A stretch of 64,000 nucleotides of DNA, taken from a virus. The stretch spans positions 40,882 to 104,881 of the IMG/VR virus record IMGVR_UViG_3300045120_000483; one strand, given 5' to 3'. Under the pieces are notes generated by a model. It did not search any database. It was not told the origin of the DNA and saw only the letters and a program-made list of their open reading frames with translations. This document shows, in pieces, positions 19,438-29,217 of this stretch (positions within the stretch are counted from its first letter, which is position 1; each line of letters begins with the position of its first letter). Both the position numbers and the translations under genes were made by a program.

Positions 19438-20124
19438 TTACTCATAGACGCTAGTATCCTCCGTCGCAATGAAATACTTCACATCCTGGGTAGTGAAGAC
19501 CCCAATTCCGACATCCACCCCCTTGATCGGGCCGTAGGTGATATCAATCTGATACTCCCCGGGAATGAGCTTCAGAAACTTATCGGCATTAATAAAGACA
19601 TTAAATTCCTTCTCAGAGGTTCCAACCTGACAAGTATAAGAGTCCCCCGTAGGATTTTCCGGATTGATACCCTCCACATTAACCTTCCCGTCATTAGCTC
19701 TGAGGGAGATTGTTGGAACTTTTAGAAAATTGGCCGCCTTGTTTAAGGCCGTGAAATCCTTTTCAAACAGCTTGAAAGAAGTAATAACCGGGGGTAGCGT
19801 TAGAGTATTTTCCGGATAGGCCGTCACTGCTTCCATATCGGCATAGACAAAGTTCAGCTTACGGGTTTCTTCATAGATCGTCAACATTGTATCAAAGAAC
19901 TCTACCCGGGGGTTCTTAAACAATGATAGCGCCCCCAATAGCCGGGAAAGCTCCCCCACCGCAAATTCCTGCGGAATGGTTTCTACAATAGAGGCTTCCG
20001 CAATAATATCCTGATGATCGGTTATAGTCTTCAGAAGGTTACCCGGCTTAAAGTGTAGAGACGGGTTGATTGCGGAGAAATTCGAAATGATATCCTTGGT
20101 TCTAGAAGAAAATTCAAATGTCAT
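19438..20124 (-). CDS. 45: sliding clamp gp45
   Basis: NFSAINPS, LKLIPGEY, YFIATE; synteny. Confidence 0.93.
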   Translation of the reverse strand: MTFEFSSRTKDIISNFSAINPSLHFKPGNLLKTITDHQDIIAEASIVETIPQEFAVGELSRLLGALSLFKNPRVEFFDTMLTIYEETRKLNFVYADMEAVTAYPENTLTLPPVITSFKLFEKDFTALNKAANFLKVPTISLRANDGKVNVEGINPENPTGDSYTCQVGTSEKEFNVFINADKFLKLIPGEYQIDITYGPIKGVDVGIGVFTTQDVKYFIATEDTSVYE

Positions 20125-20126
20125 AA

Positions 20127-20516
20127 TTATGTCCTCACATGTTCAATGGCTTTATCAATCGGTTGAGTTCGCCAATCCGGCCACTCCCGATTTTCATTCT
20201 TGGTCTGTTTGTATTGTAGCTTTGCTACAATCTCTTCCGGAGAATGTCCGCTTCTCCAGGCAGCATCACAAGCCAGGATGATGACATCAATCCATTCTTC
20301 CAGGTCTTGGCCGTTGACATCCTCAATCTCTTTCAATTCTTTTCGGATATGATCAAGAATTCCCTTGGTTCTATCTCCGGGTCCAAAGGTCTTCTCCGAA
20401 TGAGCTTTCTGACGGTAAAGATGGGCAACCAAATCAAAAACTGGCCTCACAGGATTAAATCCCCCACAATAATAAGTATCTAATACATCAGGGCTTATAG
20501 CAAACGACATAATCAA
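20127..20516 (-). CDS. DUF550 / MazG-like dNTP pyrophosphohydrolase
   Basis: HSEKTFGPG..GILDHIRKEL.E..DLEEWIDVIILA.D..KNENREWPDW. Confidence 0.85.
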   Translation of the reverse strand: MIMSFAISPDVLDTYYCGGFNPVRPVFDLVAHLYRQKAHSEKTFGPGDRTKGILDHIRKELKEIEDVNGQDLEEWIDVIILACDAAWRSGHSPEEIVAKLQYKQTKNENREWPDWRTQPIDKAIEHVRT

Positions 20517-20530
20517 ACCTTTCTTTTCCT

Positions 20531-20746
20531 CTAATACGTATAATTGTTAAATCTCTCAAAGAACGGATCATTCTTTCCTTGAATAGAGACTTCCATTAAG
20601 ACAGTATAATCCTCTCCAAATAGAGTAAAACTCAATTGAGGTTGGCATAATTCATGACAAACCCCTCTCCTAAAGTCCTTAATATCTTCAGGATTTGCAT
20701 CTTTCAATATCTCTTTAAAATGGTCTATCGTTTCAATTTTTGTCAT
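20531..20746 (-). CDS. hypothetical protein
   Basis: coupled ORF. Confidence 0.5.
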   Translation of the reverse strand: MTKIETIDHFKEILKDANPEDIKDFRRGVCHELCQPQLSFTLFGEDYTVLMEVSIQGKNDPFFERFNNYTY

Positions 20747-21606
20747 TTTTTACTCTTGTTCACTTCTTCGGGATCAGCAGTGGGATTCGCTCCCGCCGCC
20801 GCTAGATCAGCCAAAGACCCACTGAAAATATAGGTCCCGGTGTGTTGAAGCTTCATCCAGGGACAAAGCCATGTCTTCAATCCAATTTCATGGGCTTTCT
20901 GAGAAAACCAATAATCTTCACTCAGATAACGTTCCGTAGCAGGATCAACTTCCGCCTGAAAATACTGCATAATATAACGGGAACCATCGAAAGCCGCCGT
21001 CCGAATATGATCGGGCCGATATTTGTACCGTTCAAAATAAGCATCATGAAACTTATCCATGGTACGGCGGGGCACCATCATAAATCCCGTACCAATCTCC
21101 CGAACCTCCGCAGGCTCATTAATATTGATCGTCTGTTGTCCCGCCGCTGGATTGAATACAAAGTCTCCCACATACTTCTCTAGGTCATTGGGAGTACCTT
21201 TGGGAGGTTCCGCCAACCCCTTATTGACCGCTTGGACGACCTTCTCCCAGGCAATACATTTTTTGGGATAGGCCGCTCCAATAATATCGTAGTTGGGATT
21301 ACGATCAGTCAGGACCATCAAGGCCAAAATATCTCTGGGATTGAAGGTAATGTCCGCATCAATCCACATCAGATGTGTGGCGTCTGACCTCATAAACTCA
21401 TCGGCAATATAATTGCGGGCCCGGGTGATCAACGATTCATTGAACAAAAAATACAATGAAAGGGGGATGCTATATGCCGTACAAATCGCTGTTAGGTCAG
21501 CGGTTGACTTAGTAAATGTCCCGGTACACATACCCCCGAACATCGGGGTTCCAACAAATAACTTGAATTTCTTCAGTTCATCTGCATCAATCTGAATTTG
21601 CGCCAT
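20743..21606 (-). CDS. GT-A fold glycosyltransferase-like protein
   Basis: NESLITRARN, MWIDADI (DxD), GTGFMM, YLSEDYWF, HTG. Confidence 0.8.
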   Translation of the reverse strand: MAQIQIDADELKKFKLFVGTPMFGGMCTGTFTKSTADLTAICTAYSIPLSLYFLFNESLITRARNYIADEFMRSDATHLMWIDADITFNPRDILALMVLTDRNPNYDIIGAAYPKKCIAWEKVVQAVNKGLAEPPKGTPNDLEKYVGDFVFNPAAGQQTININEPAEVREIGTGFMMVPRRTMDKFHDAYFERYKYRPDHIRTAAFDGSRYIMQYFQAEVDPATERYLSEDYWFSQKAHEIGLKTWLCPWMKLQHTGTYIFSGSLADLAAAGANPTADPEEVNKSKK

Positions 21607-21638
21607 TTGTCTCCATTAAAAGGTAAAGAATATCAGAA

Positions 21639-21959
21639 TTAGTTCTTATTGTCAAGCTCAATTTGTTGTTTTTCGTTAATTTCTTTTTTGTAAAGATAGA
21701 GCAGAAGAAGACCATAATGGAGAACCTTCATGATGTCCCCATACTCTTCGCCCTTTTTCTGCTTCCACCGGGAAGCATATTTCAACATGTTTCCAATTGT
21801 GAAACCTTCCCCATGGCCGGTAGCAAAAATCAGGTCAAGAGTCTGAATATTGTCCTTTCCAACATAATGCTTGCCATAGGTTCCGGCAATGTAATTATGT
21901 AATTCCTTGATGAGGTTTGGCTCATCGTACTTGGCAGGAAAATCCTTGAATTCTGTCAT
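21639..21959 (-). CDS. DUF3310 / SaV-like protein
   Basis: YIAGTYGKHY, GNMLKYASRW..K, DIMKVLHY. Confidence 0.75.
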   Translation of the reverse strand: MTEFKDFPAKYDEPNLIKELHNYIAGTYGKHYVGKDNIQTLDLIFATGHGEGFTIGNMLKYASRWKQKKGEEYGDIMKVLHYGLLLLYLYKKEINEKQQIELDNKN

Positions 21960-21960
21960 T

Positions 21961-22302
21961 TTATCCACCCGCTCCATTGTTGTCGCCATAAGTAATAACC
22001 ACCGGGACTTCTTGTCCAAAAGGTCCGGGATTAGTAATGGTAATGCTAGTAATCCGATTATTCAGAAGTCCAATATAATCGGCCTTATTGGGCTCACAGG
22101 GACACCCAATCTTATCTTCCATTTCCTTGATCTCTTTCAGAAGATCACGATACTCCTTCAACTGTTCCAGGGTCCATTTAGGATGAGGGCCGGGTGTAAC
22201 TGGTTGGGGAATAGTGGGATAAACCGTTGGGTCTACATAAAAGGGGGGATTATGACGGAACGCCCAATCTCCCATACTACAATATGCACAAATAATTTTC
22301 AC
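21961..22302 (-). CDS. hypothetical protein
   Basis: coupled ORF. Confidence 0.5.
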   Translation of the reverse strand: MKIICAYCSMGDWAFRHNPPFYVDPTVYPTIPQPVTPGPHPKWTLEQLKEYRDLLKEIKEMEDKIGCPCEPNKADYIGLLNNRITSITITNPGPFGQEVPVVITYGDNNGAGG

Positions 22303-22868
22303 TCCCTATATAAATCAGTTATAGCTTGAATTGCCTCTGGGGATAAATTCTTGGGACGACTGCCAATTCCGGTGTACTTCCCCTGAGGCCTTGTTGGTTT
22401 ATTTATCTCCCAAATCAGCCGATTCTTATCCAAATGAGAAAATTTCTTCCAAACCGTATCGAAGACGTATATTTCGGGCACAGATAGCTGTATAGCCATT
22501 ACAACGGCCCAGGCCGTGCCTCCCTTGGGTCTCCCCTTCTCATCCAACTCAGTGGCGGCATAAACCCGTTCTGTGTCATAGACCTGATAATAATTCCGAC
22601 GAAGTAGGTTATTCACATCAGAGGTCTTGGTCGGAAACGTTCGCTGTAGGAGCTTATTAGCATCCTGAAGGTAGGTATCTGCCACCAACAGGTTTCGAAT
22701 GCTGAGAGGAAAACGATTTTCTATACCTTCATGATGTCCTTCAAAGGAAAAATGAACAACCTTATGACCGGCAGCTTTAGCTAGTTTTCCAAAAAGCTGA
22801 TCGGCCCCCGGGGCTCCTCCTGAAAATAGAATATCAGTCATCCCAATCATCCTTTTTCCTAAAAACAT
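22299..22868 (-). CDS. SLOG-superfamily (YspA/DprA-like) nucleotide-binding protein
   Basis: SGGAPGAD, LRRNYYQV, GGTAWAV, GIGSR. Confidence 0.7.
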   Translation of the reverse strand: MFLGKRMIGMTDILFSGGAPGADQLFGKLAKAAGHKVVHFSFEGHHEGIENRFPLSIRNLLVADTYLQDANKLLQRTFPTKTSDVNNLLRRNYYQVYDTERVYAATELDEKGRPKGGTAWAVVMAIQLSVPEIYVFDTVWKKFSHLDKNRLIWEINKPTRPQGKYTGIGSRPKNLSPEAIQAITDLYRE

Positions 22869-22965
22869 TCATAATAATAGCCCCCGTAGCTACCAAAATT
22901 GGAAACACCACAAAAATCACCAATATTAGTGCCCCTAAATTAAGCCAGCCCATAATAATCCTCTC

Positions 22966-23373
22966 CTACTGAATAAGATGGGAACCCGAAGACGTGGGTT
23001 CCGGGAGCCTTTCTTCCTCTTCGGGTTTGAAAGGAATTGAAAGATCAAACCCCCCAATAATCTGCTTATCCGCCGCCTGAACAGTCACCATGTTACTCAC
23101 ATTATGAAACAACTTACCATGCAACTGAAGAAAATGAAACGCAATGGCTGGTTTGGCAAACACAGAGCCAAAATCCAGGGGAATGATAATGGCCCTGGGA
23201 GGTTCCTGACTAACAAACAGAACAACCTCTACAATCCAAAACGATACCTTCTTCTCTTCGTCTATAAGTTCCGAAATGTTGTAAACGGCGGACTCATAGA
23301 GAAGCAAATGAAAATTGGGAAGAACAATTTCATTCTTCGGAAGATCATCAATAAGGGGGCTGTGCCATGTCAT
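22966..23373 (-). CDS. hypothetical protein
   Basis: ORF in operon. Confidence 0.55.
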   Translation of the reverse strand: MTWHSPLIDDLPKNEIVLPNFHLLLYESAVYNISELIDEEKKVSFWIVEVVLFVSQEPPRAIIIPLDFGSVFAKPAIAFHFLQLHGKLFHNVSNMVTVQAADKQIIGGFDLSIPFKPEEEERLPEPTSSGSHLIQ

Positions 23374-23908
23374 ATTTTGCTAACACAAGCTCCTTGGAGA
23401 AATAATCAAAGTTAAAGGGGTAAAAACTCTCTCCCCCTTTCAGTCTAGAGTTTTGTTGGGGCTTTATTCGTCTATCAGAAATCACCTTCTCAGCTTCCTT
23501 CCGAAAAACATTAAGATCAAGCAAATGCCATAAAACTAGATGGCCCCCCGCCGCCTTATCTCTCCAATAATACAAAAACTGATCACCATTTCCCTCCATT
23601 ATTTTAGCATACTCCGTAACAATATAAGCATTGGGATAACCCAATCGAATGGTAAATTGACCCAGATAATTCCGATAGGCTTCTTTATAATCCCTACCCC
23701 GGGATGCAATGTTGATTATACATGAAAGATTATCAGCTTCTACGACCCAATCAGTAGCCAATTTCCGGTCTTCATGGCTAGAAGCTTCTCTAATCAACCG
23801 CCCCGGATTTAGCTCCTGTAAAAGTTTTCTAACCCGTAACTTGTAATCTTTTTCAAATGCTTGACGCTGAGTAAACGTATCTTTTTCATAAAGTTTTGTT
23901 GTTATCAT
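23348..23908 (-). CDS. putative PD-(D/E)XK-like nuclease
   Basis: EDRKLATD, IASRGR, FTIR, TEYAKIMEG.GD.FLY. Confidence 0.5.
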   Translation of the reverse strand: MITTKLYEKDTFTQRQAFEKDYKLRVRKLLQELNPGRLIREASSHEDRKLATDWVVEADNLSCIINIASRGRDYKEAYRNYLGQFTIRLGYPNAYIVTEYAKIMEGNGDQFLYYWRDKAAGGHLVLWHLLDLNVFRKEAEKVISDRRIKPQQNSRLKGGESFYPFNFDYFSKELVLAKYDMAQPPY

Positions 23909-24432
23909 TTGGCGTATTTCATCATCCCTCTGTTGGAGTAATCATACTTACGCTTCTTCGCATCTTTGATAGAGCGGCTAAGTCTCAGCTTAGTAATACC
24001 TTCAAAAAACATCTTACCATCCAAATGACAAAGCTCATGTTGAGCAACCCGGGCGGACATACCCGTTAAGGTCCGGGAAAATGTCTCTCCATTTGGTCCC
24101 TGGAATCGAATACGAACTGAGGTTGAGCGGGGGACCTTGATAATCAGTCCCGGAAAGGATAAACACCCTTCCTCCAGGTTGTCTTTTTCTGGAGCAAAAT
24201 AAACAATCCGGGGGTTGAAGAAAACAAAGTCTTCCTGCGGACCTATCATCGCAAAGCAACGATAGGGAAGACCACACTGATTGGCGGCCAGACCATACCC
24301 ATTTCGGGAGTACATCGTCGCTACTAGATTAGTAGCTAATTCGGCTGGATCAATCGGGGGTTCATTAAAATCAAAATCCGGAACGGGCGTCGTCAGGAAC
24401 TCATCGTTATTCAGAGGGATGTCATATATCAC
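23905..24432 (-). CDS. def: peptide deformylase
   Basis: GYGLAANQCG, EGCLS, QHELCHLDG. Confidence 0.95.
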   Translation of the reverse strand: MIYDIPLNNDEFLTTPVPDFDFNEPPIDPAELATNLVATMYSRNGYGLAANQCGLPYRCFAMIGPQEDFVFFNPRIVYFAPEKDNLEEGCLSFPGLIIKVPRSTSVRIRFQGPNGETFSRTLTGMSARVAQHELCHLDGKMFFEGITKLRLSRSIKDAKKRKYDYSNRGMMKYAK

Positions 24433-24689
24433 TTCATCTTCACTTTCGTTGATGGTAGTTTCTTATAATCTTGAGATCGTTCCCTTACGTAATTATACTC
24501 CAAAGGAAACCGGTAAACATCCACAACAGTCCAATTTTCCCAAATCCCCTTCGCATTTCTCATCTCAAGAGGTCTACCAACTTCAGCAAAAACTGCGGGA
24601 ATCCATGAAGTAGTATATATTTGAGGATAAGGACCATCCTTCTCCAAATAACACTGCTTCATCTCATAATTATCCGACAAGGCTACCAA
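24429..24689 (-). CDS. hypothetical protein
   Basis: coupled ORF. Confidence 0.55.
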   Translation of the reverse strand: MVALSDNYEMKQCYLEKDGPYPQIYTTSWIPAVFAEVGRPLEMRNAKGIWENWTVVDVYRFPLEYNYVRERSQDYKKLPSTKVKMK

Positions 24690-24692
24690 AAT

Positions 24693-25067
24693 TCAATTCC
24701 TTCTCTTGATGCTCAAAATACAATATTTGGGGTGAAGAACCGCGGGAGAAAAAGCACAGGGAGCATGTTCAGCAGACGTTATATAAGTAATATTAAATGT
24801 TGCTGTACGTCCCGTGTAGACCTTTTCTCCCCAGTTGTATTCTTGGAGAACCAAGAAATCCCCAATCTTGTAGTCTCTATCCATGACACGAACATCATGG
24901 GTTTTATGACCTGCAAGAGCATCCGGAAACAAGGTTGTCCAAGATTTTACGTAATGAGTATCAGGAGGATACACCTTTTCAAGGTGCTTTTTTCCCCGAC
25001 AACAAGTCCCGGCTATGTTCATTGTATGGGCAAAGACACACCCCGGATCACAACTCAAAATTATCAA
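24693..25067 (-). CDS. ASCH / DUF3850 domain protein
   Basis: H.VKSW..F.....GHKTHDVR..DRDYKIGDFLVLQEY...YTGR. Confidence 0.85.
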   Translation of the reverse strand: MIILSCDPGCVFAHTMNIAGTCCRGKKHLEKVYPPDTHYVKSWTTLFPDALAGHKTHDVRVMDRDYKIGDFLVLQEYNWGEKVYTGRTATFNITYITSAEHAPCAFSPAVLHPKYCILSIKRRN

Positions 25068-26773
25068 CCTCTAATTTGTGAGAAATTTTTGGTTTTTTCG
25101 ACATGAAGAACTCTGGAAAATTTGTCTTCATATGAAGTAACCTTGTGAGAGATCATAACGATATTTTCGCCCATTGTCAAGCTCTGAATCAACTTTAAAA
25201 AGGCTTCCGAACCATCAATGTCCAAACTACCATCAAAAATCTCATCAAAAACTATGAGGTTTACATCTATAGACCCCCGGAGCTTTGCCAGGGCTCTCCA
25301 GGTAAAGAGAATTGCCAAATTCAATCGGGCTTTCTCTCCCTCCGAAAAACTAGCATAAGTGAAGTTATCCCTGAAACGGGATTTGATGGTCTCCTTAAAG
25401 TTCTCATCTAACTGAAACTCCACAAAGAAGTCCAGACAGGCCAGATACTTTTGAATTAGTTGATTGATGATCGGGACATAGGTCTTGATAATCTGAGCCT
25501 TGATGCCGGTATCTTTTAGCATTTGTGAGGCAAACGACATCACATGTTCTTCATCCCTCTTCGCCAAGATGTCCGCCTGAAGCCTGTCCTTCTCAATCAA
25601 CCAATCTACCAATCCGGACGCATCAATCACCTTCTTTTGAGACAGAGTTTCAATTTCCTTTTTGGTATTATCTACCGCCGTCTGATAATACCGAAGACCC
25701 TGTTGTAGCTCAATGATCTTGTTGGATCGAACATTAATCTCATTTTGAATATGAGAAATAGCATTCAGACGTAGTTGAACTTCCTCAAGCAGACCCCGAA
25801 GCTTCTTTAACCCCCCATCGATATCCCCCAGGACCTTACTCTTTTCAAAGGTAGTCTTTTGTTTAAAATCCTCTTCAATTTCTTGATGACAGGTCGGGCA
25901 AGAATCGTTGTTAGTCAAAAATGATACTTCCCTCTTTAGGCTTCCACTCTTTTGCTGCAACTGAGTTTGAATTTTTGTCAATTCGGCTAGCCGGGAATTA
26001 ACCTGTTTCAGGTCCGCCGTATCTTTCGCATATTCCTGAATTTCGTTCTGAAGGGTAGTAATCTGATTTTCCGTCTCCCGAAACTTTATAAAAGTTTCTT
26101 CAATGAACTTCTTCTTGACCTTAATCTGATCCTCATTGTCGATTTTCATTTGTTCGACATGTCGGGTCGTCAGGGTGATTTTCTCTTCCAAAAGCTTCTT
26201 TTCTGCTTCCCATCCCTCAATTAGCTTCTCCGTTTCAGAAACCTGATCCTTAAGGAGGGTATTCATCCGACTGAACACCTTCAGGTCCAAAAGGTCTTCA
26301 ATGATAGCCCGACGCTCCGGGGCCTTTAGAGCCATAAATGGGCTGAAAGTAGCGGACCCCAACATCACAATCTGAGAGAAGGTCTTGTGGTTGACCCGCA
26401 AAATATGCTTCTCAAAGGCATCCTGATAATCCCTAGTATCGGCCGCCTCTGTGATCAGTTCCCCGTCCTTATAGATTTCAAAAAGGGTCGGGCGGATACC
26501 CCTCCGAACCTGAAAATCATGACCATTGATTGAGAAAGCCAACTCCACTAGACACTGATGCTTGTTTAATGATGAAGCAAGTTGGGGCTTGTTGATATCC
26601 CGAAACGGCTTATTGAACAGGGCGAAGGAAATAGCATCAATCAGAGTGCTCTTACCGGCCCCGTTCTTTCCAACTATCAATGTCGTGGCATGTTTATCTA
26701 ACTCTACCTCCGTCCACTGGTTACCAAAGGATAGGAAATTTTGCCACCGGACACTCTTAAGATGTAGTCTCAT
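25064..26773 (-). CDS. 46: recombination ATPase gp46 (Rad50/SbcC-like)
   Basis: GKNGAGKS, CPTC hook, FSEGEK, FDEIFDGSLD. Confidence 0.97.
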   Translation of the reverse strand: MRLHLKSVRWQNFLSFGNQWTEVELDKHATTLIVGKNGAGKSTLIDAISFALFNKPFRDINKPQLASSLNKHQCLVELAFSINGHDFQVRRGIRPTLFEIYKDGELITEAADTRDYQDAFEKHILRVNHKTFSQIVMLGSATFSPFMALKAPERRAIIEDLLDLKVFSRMNTLLKDQVSETEKLIEGWEAEKKLLEEKITLTTRHVEQMKIDNEDQIKVKKKFIEETFIKFRETENQITTLQNEIQEYAKDTADLKQVNSRLAELTKIQTQLQQKSGSLKREVSFLTNNDSCPTCHQEIEEDFKQKTTFEKSKVLGDIDGGLKKLRGLLEEVQLRLNAISHIQNEINVRSNKIIELQQGLRYYQTAVDNTKKEIETLSQKKVIDASGLVDWLIEKDRLQADILAKRDEEHVMSFASQMLKDTGIKAQIIKTYVPIINQLIQKYLACLDFFVEFQLDENFKETIKSRFRDNFTYASFSEGEKARLNLAILFTWRALAKLRGSIDVNLIVFDEIFDGSLDIDGSEAFLKLIQSLTMGENIVMISHKVTSYEDKFSRVLHVEKTKNFSQIRG

Positions 26774-26990
26774 TCACCCCGCCATATCTAGTTCCAAATG
26801 ATAATGGTGGTACAAAAGATTCCGGTAAATTCTTAAAATGAAGAGGGATGTAAGGACAATAGACAACGACCGCATCAATAATCTGTTTGCCCTTATAATG
26901 CATAATCAGGGGTTGTGCTATACTCTTAAGAGGAGAAGCAACAACCGCTACGGCGGCAAACAGACCCGATAAGAACCCCCGTCTATTCAT
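26757..26990 (-). CDS. Tat-signal protein carrying a gp23 C-terminal-like segment
   Basis: MNRRGFL signal; YKG...DA...YCPYIPL...P...F.TRYG. Confidence 0.6.
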   Translation of the reverse strand: MNRRGFLSGLFAAVAVVASPLKSIAQPLIMHYKGKQIIDAVVVYCPYIPLHFKNLPESFVPPLSFGTRYGGVNETTS

Positions 26991-27372
26991 ATCCCATTCC
27001 TCTCAACACAAACAAATACAACGTCAGTATCAAGGTAGTTTGATGAATTAACTGATCCAATCCAATCACCACAAAAAAGGAATGGATATCTCCCTTACTA
27101 TAAAAATAAGCTGTTATCCGGCTGGTGATTGCATCTGTTATAAAATGAGCGAACCCATTGAAAAATACAAAACCCAACCACACAAAAGGAAATCCTATAA
27201 AAGCTAGTTCCATGGTCCCTACACCCAGAAGGGCTGTATAGAAAGTCACATGCTCTAATAAAGCATCCCAATTTTTACTCTTATTTTCGGCCTGCCATCG
27301 GGTCTGACAAACAAAATCAGCAAACCAGTGTATGCCTAAAAGACATACAACAATCAATATCACATTTTCCAT
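26983..27372 (-). CDS. DUF3307 membrane protein
   Basis: HWFADFVCQ..WQAENK..HFITD..GLDQLIH. Confidence 0.85.
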   Translation of the reverse strand: MENVILIVVCLLGIHWFADFVCQTRWQAENKSKNWDALLEHVTFYTALLGVGTMELAFIGFPFVWLGFVFFNGFAHFITDAITSRITAYFYSKGDIHSFFVVIGLDQLIHQTTLILTLYLFVLRGMGYE

Positions 27373-27376
27373 GATC

Positions 27377-28417
27377 TCACTCCATAGCCAAAGCTTGATT
27401 ATACAAATCAACAAACAAGGTGTCAAGCTTGGAATGATCGACTGTGGCGTTTACCGCTTTGGCATAATCCCGCATGATCGTCAGGGTATCTTTAGTATCG
27501 GAAATGATCAGGTCATCAGAGACCTTATCCAGGTTAAGATGATCCTCAACTATCTGAAACTCAATGGGCTTGGCGGCCTCTACTCTAGAAAGGAAATGAT
27601 CATATTTGATTTGATTGTTACGTTCCCTGACAATGACCTTGACGTATTTTCCGGTTATAGCGGCAGGATCGAATTGTCCTCCATCGGCATCGTCATAATG
27701 GACTTTGGCGAAAAGATCATACGGATTACAGATAAACTCAAGTTCTCTAGTGTCAGTATCAAAAATGTGAAAGCCCCTAGCATCACCAAAATCAGTCCAA
27801 GTAAACTGAGAATGACTCCCAAGATAATGGATATTGGCGCGTGAAGACCGGTGATGGAAATGTCCCGTACAGACCATTTCAAATTTTTGATAGATTGCCG
27901 GATCGTCGCCATCATGATTGAACACCCCTCTGAACATCGGAAATCCCGCTAACTCCAAATGACCAAAGACGATTTTGGCGTCTGTGCTATTTAGCAAATC
28001 GACCGTTTTGTCTCTGTTGCCGTCACATATCCAGGGAACGAAAAGAATTTTGGTACCGTTAAAAACAACTTCGGCGGGGTCCTCATAATAGGTCAGATCA
28101 TACTTATCCAGAATTTCAGTAGCAATAGAGATACACATATCTTCTCTGTTGAAGATATCATGGTTCCCCAAGATCAGATGAAAATCATAATCCCGACAAA
28201 GAGGTTCCACAAAATCCTTTCGTAAGCAGGAAAGACTTTTGAAGTTGATGTACTTACGTCGGTCAACGATATCACCCAAATGAACAACGGTCGTTATTCC
28301 CCGCTGTTTCAGGGTCGGAAAGAACACCATATCAAAGAAACGTTTATCGTTCTCTATGAAGACCGGAGCGTCATTCCGGACGCCTGCATGGGTATCAGTT
28401 ATCAAAGCAAGCTTCAT
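27377..28417 (-). CDS. 47: recombination nuclease gp47 (Mre11/SbcD-like)
   Basis: TDTHAG, HLGD, GNHD, GHLE, GHFH. Confidence 0.97.
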   Translation of the reverse strand: MKLALITDTHAGVRNDAPVFIENDKRFFDMVFFPTLKQRGITTVVHLGDIVDRRKYINFKSLSCLRKDFVEPLCRDYDFHLILGNHDIFNREDMCISIATEILDKYDLTYYEDPAEVVFNGTKILFVPWICDGNRDKTVDLLNSTDAKIVFGHLELAGFPMFRGVFNHDGDDPAIYQKFEMVCTGHFHHRSSRANIHYLGSHSQFTWTDFGDARGFHIFDTDTRELEFICNPYDLFAKVHYDDADGGQFDPAAITGKYVKVIVRERNNQIKYDHFLSRVEAAKPIEFQIVEDHLNLDKVSDDLIISDTKDTLTIMRDYAKAVNATVDHSKLDTLFVDLYNQALAME

Positions 28418-29040
28418 GTAAAGGCCGTAGCAAGGCTTGATTTAGGAATAGGCTTATCATCCGGACTGAAATGCGTATAGGTTGGTTCCAATTTAGGATC
28501 AAGAGGTAACATGGGTATGTTTCCATTATTTTCTAAATAATCAGCCATTCTTCGATGTAATTCTGCTTCTTCTCCCAACCTTGTATTACAGCTATGACAC
28601 AACAGACCCCGAATATCTCCTGTATAATGGTCATGATCAGACGCTAATCTTATAATCTTTCCCGATTTTGATCTCATAGACTCAGGCTTATTACAACATT
28701 TACAACGGCCCTCTTGTTCGGCAAATCGCCAAGGATATTCCGCTCTTGCTCTTTTTCGATTTTCAGATGCACACGTCTTGCAAATATTATCCTTCTGATG
28801 ATTGTTGTATCTTATAACTGCGAAACACGCTAATGGTTTGATTTCCTTACATTGTCTACAGGTCAGAGACGCCTTTCCGCCCCTGAATTGTTCATTGTTA
28901 ATCTTGTAAAACCCCTTCCTGATCATTTTATCACAATTCCCATCATTTTGCTGATTTAATTCAAAATTATCATATTGTAACATCATTTCAATGTTAGCTT
29001 CTATCACCTTTTTTACGTCAACTATATTAACATTACTCAC
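28414..29040 (-). mobile_element. Endonuclease VII-family (HNH) homing endonuclease
   Basis: QEGRCKCC...DHDHYTGDIRGLLCHSCNTRLG plus N-terminal Zn motifs; free-standing between 55 and 47. Confidence 0.8.
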
Positions 29041-29216
29041 TTTCTCCTTGCCTTCTTGGCATACTGTTCCAGGGATGCAATACAGTAATCCCGAATAACC
29101 TCAATCTGTTGAGCATAGGTGTCCCGAACCTCCGGGCGATTGGCCTCAGTAAGTAGCTGAGCTACTCTATCCTGAACAGCGGGGGGAACTAGATGTAAAT
29201 TCTTGATATTCCACAT
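29037..29216 (-). CDS. small hypothetical protein (59 aa)
   Basis: MWNIKNLHLVPPAVQDRV...IEVIRDYC; fills the gap after gp55. Confidence 0.5.
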   Translation of the reverse strand: MWNIKNLHLVPPAVQDRVAQLLTEANRPEVRDTYAQQIEVIRDYCIASLEQYAKKARRK

Positions 29217-29217
29217 A

